In this document: positions 44,501 to 56,777 of the stretch, one piece after another | Position numbering within the stretch: position 1 is the stretch's first letter | Layout of the letters: the number at the start of each line of letters is the position of its first letter | DNA from: Pseudomonadota bacterium | GTDB lineage: Bacteria; Pseudomonadota; Alphaproteobacteria; Paracaedibacterales; CAIOTO01 | Direction of reading: 5' to 3' | Length of the DNA stretch: 64,000 nucleotides | NCBI GenBank assembly: GCA_040387495.1 | Contig: JAZKDQ010000006.1 | Span: 113,391 to 177,390, forward strand | The notes under the pieces: model-generated | Told to the model about the DNA's origin: nothing | Seen by the model: only the letters and a program-made list of their open reading frames with translations | The model's database searches: none | Position numbers and translations under genes: made by a program

Positions 44501-46843
44501 ATGATAAAAATAAATAACAACCGGTCATTGTTGTCATTCTTTGACGTAATTCAGAAGTCTGAACATGACAGTAGAAAATGGTTAGCAGTCGCCAAAATCA
44601 TCGTATTATTTTTAGTTGGCCCAACACTTTCCTTTGCAAATGATATTCCGGTCGACTTAAAAGCTGACCTTGTACAATATGACGCAATTCAAGAAAAAGT
44701 CACTGCGACTGGGAATGTGGTTTTAACGCAAAAAAGCAATAAAGGCACACGCATATTGAATGCTAATCTTGTTATCTATGAAACCAAAAACAATCAAATA
44801 ACTGCTTATGGCACAGATGCAACAAAAATTATTTATCATGATATTGATGGCAATGTCATTTATGCCAACGAACTTACCTTAAGCCACGATTTCAAAACTG
44901 GCACGATTAAAACATTCACCATGCTAACAAAAGAAAAGGCAACCATTCATGCTGCACAAGGTTGTCGTGAAGACGACATTATCTCGACAATGGAAGATGC
45001 TGATTATACCCCTTGTACGTTTTGCAGCACAAAAAAACCTGTGTGGCAATTAAAAGCTGAAAAAATTATTCACAACAAAGAAGAACATACAATTGAATAT
45101 AGAAATGCACGGCTTGAAGTTAAAGGCGTTCCTGTTTTTTACACGCCTTATTTTTCACATCCTGACCCAACCATTAAACGCAAATCAGGTATTTTATTAC
45201 CGATCTATGGTTATAATGACAGTCTTGGATATGTTGTTGGCGTTCCGGTTTACTACGTAATTTCTGATCAAAAAGATATGACCCTCACCCCTGTTATGAC
45301 ATCAAAACAATCTGGCATTATACAAACAGAATATCGTCATCGTTTTCGTGATGGCTCTATGACTATGGCAGGTAGTTATACAAAAACAAAAGATTTGCCA
45401 CCTGCGCCACCACCTGGCCAATTACTACCAAATGGTCCACGCCCACCAAAACCTGATCGTTGGAATATTTCAGCCCAATCACGCGTTGACATAAATGACA
45501 ATCAACGTGTCAAAGTAGACATTAACCGTGCAAGTGATACGACATATTTGCAACGTTATAGCTTAATTCGCCAGTCACCATTCATTCAGAACAACCAAAG
45601 TTTGCGCTCAAATATAGCCTGGCAGCACTTTTCAAACGATAGCTATGCCGATGTGCAATCGTATGCTTTTCAAACGGATGCACCCAAAACAACACCTATC
45701 ATTCTGCCAAAAGGCACATATCACTATCAAACAGAAACGCCAACAATCGGCGGAACTGCTGCTATTGAAGGCGGAGTGCTTGCTTTATTTCGTCATCAAT
45801 CTGTCCCAGGTCGATCAGGCACAGAGATGTACCGTGTATCAAATGGCGCTTCCTGGAAACGCCCATGGGTTTTATCACACGGCCAAATTGTTACATTGCA
45901 AGGACAAACGCGTGCAGACCTTTATATGATGCGCCGTTACTTTGACACAGAGGCAACAGCAAATGCACCAAAGCATCAGCTTGAACATCGCCACGTACGA
46001 CTCTTTCCGCAAGGAAGCCTTGACTGGCAGTGGCCATTTCAAAAACGAATGGATCTTGCAAACTGGATTGTGAAACCACAAGCAATGATTGTATCCAGCC
46101 CACTTAACATCAACAACCGTCACATACCAAACGAAGATTCATTGGCCTTCGAGTTAGATGATACAAGTCTATTTTTACCAAATCGCTTTGATGGAATTGA
46201 TCGCGTCGATACAGGCACGCGTGGTATTGCAGGACTTGAAAATGAACTCCGATTCAGCAAGCAACGTAATGTAAGCTTATTCTTAGGACAATCAAAACGC
46301 CTTGATAATCAGCACGTCGTGCGAAATGGTCTTGGTGAAGACAAATCAAGTTCAGACATACTCATGCGATTAAAGGCAAAACCAGCTTCATGGCTATCAA
46401 CCCGTTATCGCATGGCGACAAGCCCGGATTTCAAGGTTGTTCGATATTCCGAACTTGGCGCAAGCATTGGCGAGCCCATCTTTAAAATCGATGGTGCCTA
46501 TATATTCTTAAACAAACGTGCGACACTAAATGAATCCAGCTATATTTCACAATTGAACATGCATATTTCCTCGCAATTTACAGAAACGTGGCGTTTATCG
46601 GTTGGTCAAATTCGAAATTTAAAACGAGCAAATGGGGGAGCATCTCTTGCGACATATCTTGCAGCCACGTATGACGATGAATGTTTCTCTGTTGATTTAG
46701 GTGTCTATCGATCAGGTTGCTACGATCGAGATATCAGACCGGATACCAGCTTTTTGGTAAGCTTGAATTTCAAAACATTGACAAACCTTGCGATTAGTCC
46801 TGCGCCAAAGTATCAAGCGAATATGCTAACGGCTGGGCTGTAA
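44501..46843 (+). CDS. lptD: LPS-assembly protein LptD
   Basis: OstA-like N-terminal domain (ADL.QYD....V.A.GNV) followed by a large beta-barrel region. It follows lptFG. Confidence 0.85.
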   Translation: MIKINNNRSLLSFFDVIQKSEHDSRKWLAVAKIIVLFLVGPTLSFANDIPVDLKADLVQYDAIQEKVTATGNVVLTQKSNKGTRILNANLVIYETKNNQITAYGTDATKIIYHDIDGNVIYANELTLSHDFKTGTIKTFTMLTKEKATIHAAQGCREDDIISTMEDADYTPCTFCSTKKPVWQLKAEKIIHNKEEHTIEYRNARLEVKGVPVFYTPYFSHPDPTIKRKSGILLPIYGYNDSLGYVVGVPVYYVISDQKDMTLTPVMTSKQSGIIQTEYRHRFRDGSMTMAGSYTKTKDLPPAPPPGQLLPNGPRPPKPDRWNISAQSRVDINDNQRVKVDINRASDTTYLQRYSLIRQSPFIQNNQSLRSNIAWQHFSNDSYADVQSYAFQTDAPKTTPIILPKGTYHYQTETPTIGGTAAIEGGVLALFRHQSVPGRSGTEMYRVSNGASWKRPWVLSHGQIVTLQGQTRADLYMMRRYFDTEATANAPKHQLEHRHVRLFPQGSLDWQWPFQKRMDLANWIVKPQAMIVSSPLNINNRHIPNEDSLAFELDDTSLFLPNRFDGIDRVDTGTRGIAGLENELRFSKQRNVSLFLGQSKRLDNQHVVRNGLGEDKSSSDILMRLKAKPASWLSTRYRMATSPDFKVVRYSELGASIGEPIFKIDGAYIFLNKRATLNESSYISQLNMHISSQFTETWRLSVGQIRNLKRANGGASLATYLAATYDDECFSVDLGVYRSGCYDRDIRPDTSFLVSLNFKTLTNLAISPAPKYQANMLTAGL

Positions 46844-47116
46844 AAAGCTAAAAATCAATCATTCTAAATTGTTAAATTTATTACGATTGTATATGGCGCT
46901 ATACCCATCAACACCTATTAAAATCTTATACGTACCAAAATCAACTAGGTGCCGGAATCTACGAATCTATTATAAAAAACAATGACTTATGCTGCTCACC
47001 ATTTAAAATCACAAATACTATTACTCTTAACTTGACATATATATTTATATTATATATATGTATATGTTAATCAAAAAAAAACACTTAATTATGAATTATT
47101 TAGCAAAAGGAACCTT

Positions 47117-48216
47117 ATGAAAAGAATATACATTTTCTTATCTATAATTATCTGCGCATCAAAAAGCTTCTGCATGGAAACCGAGGATTCTCAAAAAAAT
47201 CTTATTAAAGATGACAGTTTTTTAACTGGAGCATCTATAGAACAAGCTCATTACCTTAATCCAAACGATAGGCCATTAATAGTTAATGCCAAAATAGATG
47301 AAGTGTTTCAGTCACTTTCATGTAAAGAAACATCTACATGGACAATGAATGGAGAAGAGCCAACTTATGATCTGCTTGGCATAAAAGAAAATGAACTTGC
47401 CAAGCATATAATTTTAAATAGTGATTCCTCAGAATTTAATTTTCTAGATCTTGGTGCCGCCAATTTCCAATGGGGAGAAGTTTATTAGATTTTCTTCAAC
47501 AAGATCCTAAGGTGCAAATACATCTTGAAGAAAAAGGCGCAAACGTAAATATTGTGAGCGTTCGTGCTGAGATAAATTTAGGAGAAATTTTTATACAAAG
47601 CGGCCGATTCAATCGTTATGAATTTGGTAGCTTTAACGTTGAAAATATCATCACAGAATTTAGTGATGCTAAATTCTCGAGTTTTAATCTTAATGAAAAA
47701 AAAATGAACATGATTGTTTCAAGATATTGCTTTCAACATCTTGTTGATCCATTAGGAACATTTGTACAGGTACATAGTTTGTTAAAAAATGATGGGTGGC
47801 TGTTTTTTACCAATTTCTTTTTTGGTGTAGATGTATCTTTAACAGAAGATAGCCTAAGCATTAACTTTTCAAAAAGGTTGGATCATACGTTAGAAATGCT
47901 AGATTATACGGATGACCCTTTTTTGATGGCTCCGTATGCAAATATGAGAAAACATGAGATTATACTGAAAAAGAGAGATATGCCGTGTCAGTTACCATTT
48001 AGCTATCTTTCTTTGATGAGTATTCGTGAGGAACTTGCTGTGGGATCGAAGGTAATAACAGCATTTCATCATCAAAAAGAATTCTCTAAAGTTTTTCAAA
48101 GACAAGATTTATCACGGGGTTCGATTGTTGGTAAGCTAGAATTATATGAATGGTTGCAAAATAATAAATTCATGGAAGAAAACGAGTCCCATTTTATTTC
48201 CATTAGTGAAAACTAA
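47117..48216 (+). pseudogene. Secreted class-I SAM-methyltransferase-like protein split by a frameshift in a G4 run
   Basis: ORFs 47117..47488 and 47470..48216 join as ...FLDLGAANFQWG|RSLLDFL if one G is added at 47472..47475. It has the signal peptide MKRIYIFLSIIICASKSFC. Confidence 0.55.
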
Positions 48217-48279
48217 ATCTAATTCTATATTAATGATTATTTTGTGGCATTAACTGTCACAAAATAATCATTCAAAGAA

Positions 48280-49545
48280 CTACAATTCCAACAAAAATCG
48301 TCCAGGATTTTCAATGCAATCCTTAATCGTCGCCAAGAACGTCACGGCTTCGCGGCCATCGATCAAACGATGGTCATACGACAGTGCCACATACATCATC
48401 GGGCGAATTTCAACCCGGCCATTAATTGCCATCGGGCGATCCTGAATTTTATGCATACCCAAAATAGCGGATTGTGGTGGATTAATAATTGGCGTTGAAA
48501 ACAATGATCCAAAGACGCCGCCGTTGGAAATTGTAAACGTGCCGCCGCTCATTTCTTCCATCGTTAGCTTGCCATCTTTTGCTCGTCTGCCATACTCAGC
48601 GACAGCGCGTTCAATGCCCGCCAAGTCCAACAACTCAGCATCACGCACAACCGGCACAACAAGCCCGGTGGGAGCAGATACAGCGACGCCAATATCGCAA
48701 TAATTGTTCGTGACGATCTCATCGCCTTCGATGCGGCTATTTACCATCGGAATTTCTTTAAGCGCTTGAGTACATGCTTTTACAAAAAGCGACATAAAGC
48801 CAAGCTTAACACCGTATTTTTTCTCAAACACATCTTTATAACGATCGCGTAATTGCTTGACGGCCATCATATCAATTTCATTAAACGTCGTTAAAATGGC
48901 AGCCGTGTTCTGAGCATATTTGAGACGTTCTGCTACCCGCAAACGAAGACGTGACAATGGCACGCGTACTTCTAAACGATCATCACTAGATAACGCATCT
49001 TCTGCCACTTTATCCCCAGCCGCATTTGCTTGCCCTATATTTTGCACATGATTAAGCACATCTGCTTTTGATAACCGGCCGTCTGGACTGCTCGCTTTAA
49101 CATTTGCCGCATTTAATTGATTGTCACCAAGATGCTTTCGAACTGCAGGTGATAAATGTGTAACCACATCTGGTACTATTTGCATATTTTTCACCATCGT
49201 AATAGGTTCGGACTTTTCTACTGTAGATACAATTATTGGTGTCACAACAGCTTTTTCAGGTGTTGACGAAGCAACTGAAGGTGTAGCTACAATCGAAGCT
49301 ACCGCATTAGCATCAATCACACCTAAAATTGTACCAATCTTAACAGAAATCCCTTTTTCACTGTTCATCACGGCGAGCACACCAGAAGACGGCGCTGTAA
49401 TCTCAAGTGTCACCTTATCCGTTTCAAGTTCTACTAAGACCTCATCCACAACCACAGCATCGCCAACTTTTTTGCGCCATTTTGCAACGGTTGCTTCATT
49501 TACAGATTCCCCAAGAACAGGTACTTTAATTTCGATTAGAGTCAT
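48280..49545 (-). CDS. sucB: 2-oxoglutarate dehydrogenase E2 (dihydrolipoyllysine-residue succinyltransferase)
   Basis: Lipoyl domain (ETDKV) and the catalytic DHRLIDG motif. Confidence 0.95.
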   Translation of the reverse strand: MTLIEIKVPVLGESVNEATVAKWRKKVGDAVVVDEVLVELETDKVTLEITAPSSGVLAVMNSEKGISVKIGTILGVIDANAVASIVATPSVASSTPEKAVVTPIIVSTVEKSEPITMVKNMQIVPDVVTHLSPAVRKHLGDNQLNAANVKASSPDGRLSKADVLNHVQNIGQANAAGDKVAEDALSSDDRLEVRVPLSRLRLRVAERLKYAQNTAAILTTFNEIDMMAVKQLRDRYKDVFEKKYGVKLGFMSLFVKACTQALKEIPMVNSRIEGDEIVTNNYCDIGVAVSAPTGLVVPVVRDAELLDLAGIERAVAEYGRRAKDGKLTMEEMSGGTFTISNGGVFGSLFSTPIINPPQSAILGMHKIQDRPMAINGRVEIRPMMYVALSYDHRLIDGREAVTFLATIKDCIENPGRFLLEL

Positions 49546-49613
49546 ATATCATCGTTCCTTTTTTATTCACTGAAGTTATCATCTCTGCCTCTTCCTGTCA
49601 TCTTTGCCTCTTC

Positions 49614-49708
49614 GTCATCCCCGCGCGGGCGGAGATCCACCCTCCCGTGTGTCATCCCCGGACTTGACACGGTAAAGTCACCTGGATTCCCGCCTCCGCA
49701 GGAATGAC
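49614..49708. repeat. MITE-like element with imperfect ~25-bp terminal inverted repeats (gtcatccccgcgcgggcggagatcc / ggattcccgcctccgcaggaatgac)
   Basis: 19 of 25 positions pair between the two ends. A second copy of the same family is at 63284..63380. Confidence 0.7.
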
Positions 49709-49746
49709 AAGCGTAACTTTCGAATTCTGACATTTTTATTCATAGC

Positions 49747-52596
49747 TCAAACCCAGTGCACAGTTTTTACTGGATTAACCAGCGCATCGAGCATTAACTT
49801 CTCTTGTTCATCCAAATGTCGTTTCATATGTCCTGCAGCAGGCACAGCTGCTTCACCACGCCCAGCATAATGCGGTCTATGATGGTGCGCCTTTGTGGCA
49901 TACAGTGCTTTTTCAAGACGCCGATCGATAAACGTCCATGCACCCATATTCATAGGTTCTTCCTGGCACCACACAATTTCAACATTAAGATTTTTCCGAG
50001 AAACTGTTTCAATCTCGAGATATGGAAATGGATACAACTGCTCGATACGAATGAGTGCCACATCTTGAATGTCGAGCTCTTTCCTCTTCTCCAAAAGATC
50101 ATAATAAACTTTGCCCGTACAAAATACGAAACGCCGTGCTCTTTTCATATTTTCGGGTGTATCTTCAATCACCTTTTGCAAATAAGTGCCTTCATCAAAT
50201 TCATCAAGAGCAGAAGTTGCATTCTTATGCCGCAGCAATGACTTTGGCGTCATGATCACAAGTGGCTTTCTGAATGAATGAACAATCTGACCACGCAATG
50301 CATGAAATAAATTCGCTGGCGTTGTGCAATTCATGACGCGCCAGTTATTGTGTGCACACATTTGCAAATAACGTTCGGGACGTGCTGAAGAATGCTCAGG
50401 TCCTTGCCCCTCAAATCCATGTGGCAACAACATTACGAGCCCTGACAAGCGATGCCACTTTGCTTCAGATGTCGCTATAAATTGGTCAACCATAACCTGG
50501 GCACCATTGGCAAAATCACCAAATTGTGCTTCCCACATCACAAGACTATTGGGTGCAGCCAAACTATAACCGTATTCAAAGCCTAAGACTGATGCTTCAG
50601 CAAGCGGACTGTCTACAGCCTCAAAATAGCCCTGGCCTTTACGTAAATGATTTAAATGAATATGTGACTGCTCGGTTACCTGGTCAATCCAAAACGCATG
50701 TCGATGTGAAAATGTGCCGCGCCTACTATCTTGACCACTCAATCGCACATGATGCCCTTCATCAAGCAAAGATGCAAACGCCATGATTTCACCCATTCCC
50801 CAATCCAAGGGGCTCTCCGTCTCAAGCATAGAAAGACGTTGATCAACGAGACGTTTCAGTTTGGTATTCATAGAAAAACCCACTGGAAGTGCCATCGATT
50901 TTTGAATCAAAGGAATTAGTTTTGCAACATTCACCCCCGTTGAAATATTACGTTCAGTTGGGTTAGTCTGGTGAAAGCTTCGAATACCAGTCCATTTACC
51001 TTTAAGCCAATCTGGCTCAACACGCTCTTCTCCCGCATCCTCGGCCAGTTTGATGCCCAACACAAATTCTTCATTTAAAACCTGCTGAATCGCTTCAGTC
51101 ATTGTCTTAGATTCAGCTTCACTTAAAATGCCGGCATGCAGTAACTTTTGTTGGTATTGCGTTGCTACTGAAGGATGTTCTGCAATTGCCTTATACATTA
51201 ACGGCTGTGTGAACATTGGTTCATCACCTTCGTTATGGCCATGACGGCGATAGCACACTAAATCAATAACGACATCACGCTTAAATGTTTGCTGAAAATC
51301 CACAGCTAACTTTGTAATAGCAACAACTGCATCAGGATCATCGCCATTAATGTGAAATATGGGTGCTTGAATAATCTTAGCAAGATCAGATGAATAGGGG
51401 GATGACCGCGACATAGGTGGGGAAGTCGTAAAGCCAATTTGATTGTTAATGATAATATGGATCGTGCCGCCAGTTTCATACCCTTCAAGTGCGGACAGTT
51501 CAAGTGTTTCTGCCACAAGTCCTTGACCTGCAAAGGCTGCATCACCATGCATTAATAAACCAACAGTTTTATGACGTTCAACATCACCACTCATATATTG
51601 CTTAGACCGCACTTTACCCAATGTTACCGGATCAACTGCTTCAAGGTGTGACGGGTTTGCTGAAAGTGATAAATGTACGCGTTTCCCATCAACTGTGCGA
51701 TCACTTGAATACCCTTGATGGTATTTAACATCTCCTGAGGAATAATCATTTACACTATTCGTAAGATCAGCGCCTTTAAATTGCGCAAATACATAGCGCA
51801 TGGGTTGATCCATGAAATTAGTAAGAACACACAAACGACCGCGATGAGACATACCAAAAACAAGTTCTTCCGCTGAATGCATCGTGACTAAACGCGTAAG
51901 AAGCGTCTCCAGCGCAGCCAACACACTTTCGCCACCTTCAATACCAAATCGCTTTGCCCCAGGATATTTTACATGTAAAAAACGTTCAAAAGATTCAGCA
52001 CGCATCAATTGAATCAATGTTTCTTTTTTATCATGATTTGATGCTTTCTCAAGGCCTCCCTCAATACGCATTTGCAACCATGCTTTTTGCTGCGCATTTT
52101 GAATGTGCATAAACTCAAAACCAATGTTGCCGCAATAAATCTGTTCTAATTTTCCGAGAATTACTCGAATTGTCGATGACTCAAGCCCTAAAACATTATC
52201 AAGCTGTACTTCTATATCCATATCTGATTCATCAAAGCCGTATCGGCTTGGATCAAGTTCAGGATAATACTTTGGTTTTTCGATATTAAGCGGATCCAGA
52301 TTCGCCCCTAAATGCCCGCATACGCGAAACGCGCGAATCATCATTAGTGCACGAAGTGACAAAAGTGTATCTGTTGGAGCAGCCTGTGCTTGATTTTTCT
52401 TTACATTCCGCTGACGACTTTCAGGAAATGTAATCAACTCAGTTTCAATATCATCACCAAATTGATCAAAGAACATACGCCATGATGGATCCACGTCCTC
52501 AGAATTTAGACGATACGCATTTAATAGATCTTTCAAGAAAAGTGTATTTGTTCCACTTAAAATTGACTCAGATGAATAGCGTGTCGTTTGTGTCAT
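49747..52596 (-). CDS. sucA: 2-oxoglutarate dehydrogenase E1 component
   Basis: 949 aa with collinear SucA similarity, including the ThDP-binding region. Confidence 0.97.
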   Translation of the reverse strand: MTQTTRYSSESILSGTNTLFLKDLLNAYRLNSEDVDPSWRMFFDQFGDDIETELITFPESRQRNVKKNQAQAAPTDTLLSLRALMMIRAFRVCGHLGANLDPLNIEKPKYYPELDPSRYGFDESDMDIEVQLDNVLGLESSTIRVILGKLEQIYCGNIGFEFMHIQNAQQKAWLQMRIEGGLEKASNHDKKETLIQLMRAESFERFLHVKYPGAKRFGIEGGESVLAALETLLTRLVTMHSAEELVFGMSHRGRLCVLTNFMDQPMRYVFAQFKGADLTNSVNDYSSGDVKYHQGYSSDRTVDGKRVHLSLSANPSHLEAVDPVTLGKVRSKQYMSGDVERHKTVGLLMHGDAAFAGQGLVAETLELSALEGYETGGTIHIIINNQIGFTTSPPMSRSSPYSSDLAKIIQAPIFHINGDDPDAVVAITKLAVDFQQTFKRDVVIDLVCYRRHGHNEGDEPMFTQPLMYKAIAEHPSVATQYQQKLLHAGILSEAESKTMTEAIQQVLNEEFVLGIKLAEDAGEERVEPDWLKGKWTGIRSFHQTNPTERNISTGVNVAKLIPLIQKSMALPVGFSMNTKLKRLVDQRLSMLETESPLDWGMGEIMAFASLLDEGHHVRLSGQDSRRGTFSHRHAFWIDQVTEQSHIHLNHLRKGQGYFEAVDSPLAEASVLGFEYGYSLAAPNSLVMWEAQFGDFANGAQVMVDQFIATSEAKWHRLSGLVMLLPHGFEGQGPEHSSARPERYLQMCAHNNWRVMNCTTPANLFHALRGQIVHSFRKPLVIMTPKSLLRHKNATSALDEFDEGTYLQKVIEDTPENMKRARRFVFCTGKVYYDLLEKRKELDIQDVALIRIEQLYPFPYLEIETVSRKNLNVEIVWCQEEPMNMGAWTFIDRRLEKALYATKAHHHRPHYAGRGEAAVPAAGHMKRHLDEQEKLMLDALVNPVKTVHWV

Positions 52597-53489
52597 GCAG
52601 CGTCCCTTCCCTCCATGAGTGCTTTCATTGTCGCCCCTAGTTTTGCAGGTGATGATGCAACAGTTATGCCAAGTTTAGTAAAATGATCAATTTTATCTTG
52701 CGCAGTCTCACCAGCACCAGAAACAATAGCGCCCGCATGCCCCATCCGTCGTCCAGGAGGAGCCGTCACACCCGCAATAAAGGCGACAGTTGGCTTACCC
52801 CTGCCCTTTTTCGTTTGATGCGCAATATAATCAGCCGCTTCTTGTTCATCTTGGCCACCAATTTCGCCAATCATCATCACACCTTTTGTGTCATCATCGT
52901 GCCAAAATAAATCAAGCACATCCACAAAGTTCATGCCCTTTACAGGATCCCCGCCAATACCAACACATGTTGTTTGGCCGAGACCTTGCATAGTTGTTTG
53001 ATATACAGCTTCATAGGTTAATGTACCAGAACGTGAAACAATACCAATCTTGCCAGCTTTATGAATAAAGCCCGGCATAATACCAATCTTACATTCATCC
53101 GACGTAATAACACCTGGGCAATTAGGGCCAATAAGACGAGATTTCTTGCCTTCTAAATAACGGCGAACATTAATCATATCAATAACGGGGATTCCTTCAG
53201 TGATACATACAATCAATTCAATCCCTGCATCAGCAGCTTCGCATATAGCATCTGCTGCAAAAGCTGCAGGCACATAAATCATCGTTGCATTGGCGCCAGT
53301 TTTAGCAACAGCATCATGCACAGTATTAAAAACAGGCAGCCCCAAATGTTGAGTCTCTCCTTTACCAGGCGTAACACCACCCAAAAGCTGTGTACCATAG
53401 GCAAGTGCTTGTTCAGAATGATACGTGCCGTGCTTACCGGTAAAACCTTGGCAAATTAACTTTGTTTGACGATTAACAAGAATAGACAT
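52593..53489 (-). CDS. sucD: Succinate--CoA ligase subunit alpha
   Basis: [17 protein letters not shown]-terminus and the phosphohistidine loop GHAGA. Confidence 0.97.
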   Translation of the reverse strand: MSILVNRQTKLICQGFTGKHGTYHSEQALAYGTQLLGGVTPGKGETQHLGLPVFNTVHDAVAKTGANATMIYVPAAFAADAICEAADAGIELIVCITEGIPVIDMINVRRYLEGKKSRLIGPNCPGVITSDECKIGIMPGFIHKAGKIGIVSRSGTLTYEAVYQTTMQGLGQTTCVGIGGDPVKGMNFVDVLDLFWHDDDTKGVMMIGEIGGQDEQEAADYIAHQTKKGRGKPTVAFIAGVTAPPGRRMGHAGAIVSGAGETAQDKIDHFTKLGITVASSPAKLGATMKALMEGRDAA

Positions 53490-53503
53490 ATAAGTAGGCT
53501 CCT

Positions 53504-54679
53504 TTACGCAGCATCTTCAAGTGCAGCTTTAACAACTTTTTCGGCAGCATCATCAAGGTCATCAGCTGAAATCACAGCTAATCCTGAATCCGCCAATATT
53601 TTTTTTCCCTTTTCGTGGTTCGTTCCTTGCAAACGAACAACCATTGGTACGGTCAAGCTGACTTCTTTTGCAGCATCTACAATGCCTTCGGCGATTACAT
53701 CGCAATGCATAATTCCACCAAAGATATTAATAAGAACGGCCTCAACACTTGGATCAGATAAAATCAACTTAAAAGCAGCCTGAACTTTTTCTTTGCTCGC
53801 ACCGCCGCCAACATCAAGGAAGTTCGCAGGGGATGCTCCATGCATTTTAATGACATCCATTGTTGCCATTGCCAAACCAGCACCATTCACCATACAGCCA
53901 ATTGTGCCGTCAAGTTTCACATAGCTAAGATCATATTTTTTGGCCTCCAGCTCGGCTGGATCCTCTTCATCATAATCACGAAGCACTTCAATTTCTTGAT
54001 GACGATACAGCGCGTTGTCATCAAAACTCACCTTCGCATCCAAAGCAACCAGCTCATTATCTTCTGTTAGCACAAATGGATTTATTTCAATCATTGCTGC
54101 ATCAAGATCGATATAGGCTTCATAAAGATTCTTTAGAATTTGATAAAATGAATTATGAACACTTGCTGGCAATCCTAAAGCAAATGCTAATTTTCTACCC
54201 TGATAAGGCTTAACACCGATTACAGGATCGATCGATTCTTTTAAAATTTTCTCAGGTGTGTTCTTTGCAACTTCTTCAATGTCTACGCCGCCTTCGGTAG
54301 ATACAACAAAACACAAACGCCCCTCAGCACGATTTAAGACAATGCTGACATAAAATTCACGCGCAATCTTGCATCCTTGCTCAATAAAGACGCGTTTGAC
54401 TTCTTGACCTTGAGGACCAGTTTGATGTGTAACAAGACGCTTATTAATAAGCGTCTCTGCGGCGGCTTTAACCTCACCCAGTGATCGTGCGAGAATCACA
54501 CCACCGGCTTTGCCGCGTCCGCCCGCATGAATTTGCGCTTTCACAACCCAAAGACCATCTTGACTAATTTCTGCAGCGACCTGCTCAGCCTCTTCTGGCG
54601 TATATGCAACAGAACCCTTTAAAACTGGGATGCCAAATCCATCTAAAATACTCTTTGCTTGATATTCATGTATATTCAT
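53504..54679 (-). CDS. sucC: Succinate--CoA ligase subunit beta
   Basis: [10 protein letters not shown]-terminus and ATP-grasp motifs. Confidence 0.97.
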   Translation of the reverse strand: MNIHEYQAKSILDGFGIPVLKGSVAYTPEEAEQVAAEISQDGLWVVKAQIHAGGRGKAGGVILARSLGEVKAAAETLINKRLVTHQTGPQGQEVKRVFIEQGCKIAREFYVSIVLNRAEGRLCFVVSTEGGVDIEEVAKNTPEKILKESIDPVIGVKPYQGRKLAFALGLPASVHNSFYQILKNLYEAYIDLDAAMIEINPFVLTEDNELVALDAKVSFDDNALYRHQEIEVLRDYDEEDPAELEAKKYDLSYVKLDGTIGCMVNGAGLAMATMDVIKMHGASPANFLDVGGGASKEKVQAAFKLILSDPSVEAVLINIFGGIMHCDVIAEGIVDAAKEVSLTVPMVVRLQGTNHEKGKKILADSGLAVISADDLDDAAEKVVKAALEDAA

Positions 54680-54681
54680 TT

Positions 54682-55644
54682 TTATAATCCCAAACGTGTA
54701 ACATCTTCCATCAATCGTTGAACCGATTGAATGGACGCATCAAATTGATTTTTCTCATTTTCTTCGAGTGTTAATTCGATCACCTTTTCGACACCCTTTT
54801 CGCCAATAATAGCAGGAACCCCTGCATACATATCTGAAACTCCATACTCACCATTTAAACGAACAGCGCACGGTAAAATACGGCGCTGATTAAATAGATA
54901 ACTTTCGGCCATCGATAATGCCGCTGATGCGGGTGCATAAAACGCCGAGCCTGTTTTAAGCAAATTCACAATTTCAGCACCGCCATTTCGGGTGCGCTCA
55001 ATAATGTGATCAACACGTTCTCGTGAAATCACTTTCATAGCAATCCATTCCGTTAGTGGAATACCGCCAATCGTCGTATATCGTGGCATCGGAACCATAG
55101 AATCACCGTGACCGCCAAGCACAAACGCTTGAATATCCGCCGGTGATAGGTTCATTTCTTGGGCTAAAAAGTGGATATAACGTCCTGAATCCAAAACACC
55201 AGCCATGCCAACAACGTGCGATGCAGGCAAACCCGATGCCTTTTGCATCAACCAAACCATTACATCCAATGGATTCGTTACAACAATCACGAATGCTGCT
55301 GGGCAATACTTTTTAATGCTGGCAGCTACTGCGCGAACAATGCCTGCATTCACCGACAACAAATCATCACGGCTCATCCCAGGTTTGCGTGGAACACCTG
55401 CGGTTACAATAACCACATCGGCGCCCACCATATCCGCTGGATCATTGCTGCCAAGACATCCACTTTCAATGCCATCAATTGCACTACCTTGCGAAAGATC
55501 AAGGCCTTTACCTTGAGGAATTCCCTCGGCCACATCAATCATAACAACATCACCAAGCCTTCGTTGCAACGCCAGGTGTGCAAGGGTGCCGCCAATATTG
55601 CCACTGCCGACAAGTGCTATTTTAAATCGTTTTGATACTGTCAT
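54682..55644 (-). CDS. mdh: Malate dehydrogenase
   Basis: [15 protein letters not shown] Rossmann motif. LDH-like MDH lying upstream of sucCDAB. Confidence 0.96.
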   Translation of the reverse strand: MTVSKRFKIALVGSGNIGGTLAHLALQRRLGDVVMIDVAEGIPQGKGLDLSQGSAIDGIESGCLGSNDPADMVGADVVIVTAGVPRKPGMSRDDLLSVNAGIVRAVAASIKKYCPAAFVIVVTNPLDVMVWLMQKASGLPASHVVGMAGVLDSGRYIHFLAQEMNLSPADIQAFVLGGHGDSMVPMPRYTTIGGIPLTEWIAMKVISRERVDHIIERTRNGGAEIVNLLKTGSAFYAPASAALSMAESYLFNQRRILPCAVRLNGEYGVSDMYAGVPAIIGEKGVEKVIELTLEENEKNQFDASIQSVQRLMEDVTRLGL

Positions 55645-56318
55645 ACTGTTTTCCTTGCATCTTGATTTTGCACTGAGGTGCCTTGAAATAGCGCTTTATA
55701 CAAATACTCACGTCCCACGCGAAGGCCAAGATCATCAATACTATGTCCTAACCCATTGCATGTTTGCGGAGTCACCTTCACGCCATACAGCTGAAGTTGT
55801 GTTTGCGCATGTAATAATGCCGCGTACGGCACAACCGTATCCGCCGTACCATGCACAAGAAGAATTGGCGGAGAATCTTTTGGGCGATCAAGCAAAGCCG
55901 GCGGATAAAATGCACCAGAGTACCCCACAATGCCACCAAGACCTGAAATTTGAAAGACCATATCCATAGCTAGCATACTGCCTTGTGAGAAACCAACTAG
56001 CGCAATATCTTTTGCTTCCAGCTTATGCTCGGCCATTAGATTTTTTATATAATGTGTAATAATTGGTGCAGCTGAATCCATCCCTTGACGTATATTCAGT
56101 GGATTAAAATCCTGCAATCCAAACCATTGATACCCAAGCGGGGACATTTCACATACGTCAGGCGCATGCGGAGACACGAAAAGCGTATCAGGCAAATGTT
56201 TTGCCCATTGCGCGCCAATATCAATTAAATCATCACCAGTTGCACCATACCCATGCAAGAAAATAACAATTTTACGAATAATCCCTGAGACGGGAGATAG
56301 GACAGGACCAGTTAACAC
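55641..56318 (-). CDS. Alpha/beta hydrolase, phospholipase/carboxylesterase family
   Basis: GFSQGS nucleophile elbow, and HG..D..VP near the C-terminus. Confidence 0.8.
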   Translation of the reverse strand: MLTGPVLSPVSGIIRKIVIFLHGYGATGDDLIDIGAQWAKHLPDTLFVSPHAPDVCEMSPLGYQWFGLQDFNPLNIRQGMDSAAPIITHYIKNLMAEHKLEAKDIALVGFSQGSMLAMDMVFQISGLGGIVGYSGAFYPPALLDRPKDSPPILLVHGTADTVVPYAALLHAQTQLQLYGVKVTPQTCNGLGHSIDDLGLRVGREYLYKALFQGTSVQNQDARKTV

Positions 56319-56486
56319 ACAAACCCATTAAAAATTTAAGTTATTTGCATCTAGTGTAGCGCTGTATGGGATTTAGAACAATGGTGTTTGTAAGAGGATT
56401 TGTTTGATATTTTTGTTTAAACTTAATGGCGCGTTTCATTATTGAATGGAAGTTCTATAAAAAAATACTTCTAAAGGATGCTAATT

Positions 56487-56744
56487 TCAGTATCCATGAG
56501 GATCTTTATTATTTCGAATACGCTCTGACGCCTGCCGCTTATTCAGCGTACGTTTCTTTTCGGAAAAAAAATTCTCCCATTTAATCCACAGGCTAACGGC
56601 CAATGTGATTGACGCAAGCAGTAGGAATAATTTCAATACAAAAGTAAAAGGAATTAAAATAATAAGAACAAGTAGTGGAACAAAAACATAAATTATGCTT
56701 TTTTTATTTACCATAGATTTTAAACGTCTTAATTTTCTAAACAT
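56487..56744 (-). CDS. Hypothetical small membrane protein (2 TM)
   Basis: ORF only. Two hydrophobic segments, AT-rich. Confidence 0.35.
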   Translation of the reverse strand: MFRKLRRLKSMVNKKSIIYVFVPLLVLIILIPFTFVLKLFLLLASITLAVSLWIKWENFFSEKKRTLNKRQASERIRNNKDPHGY

Positions 56745-56777
56745 TTACAGCTCCCCTCCTTTATTATATTTATCGTG

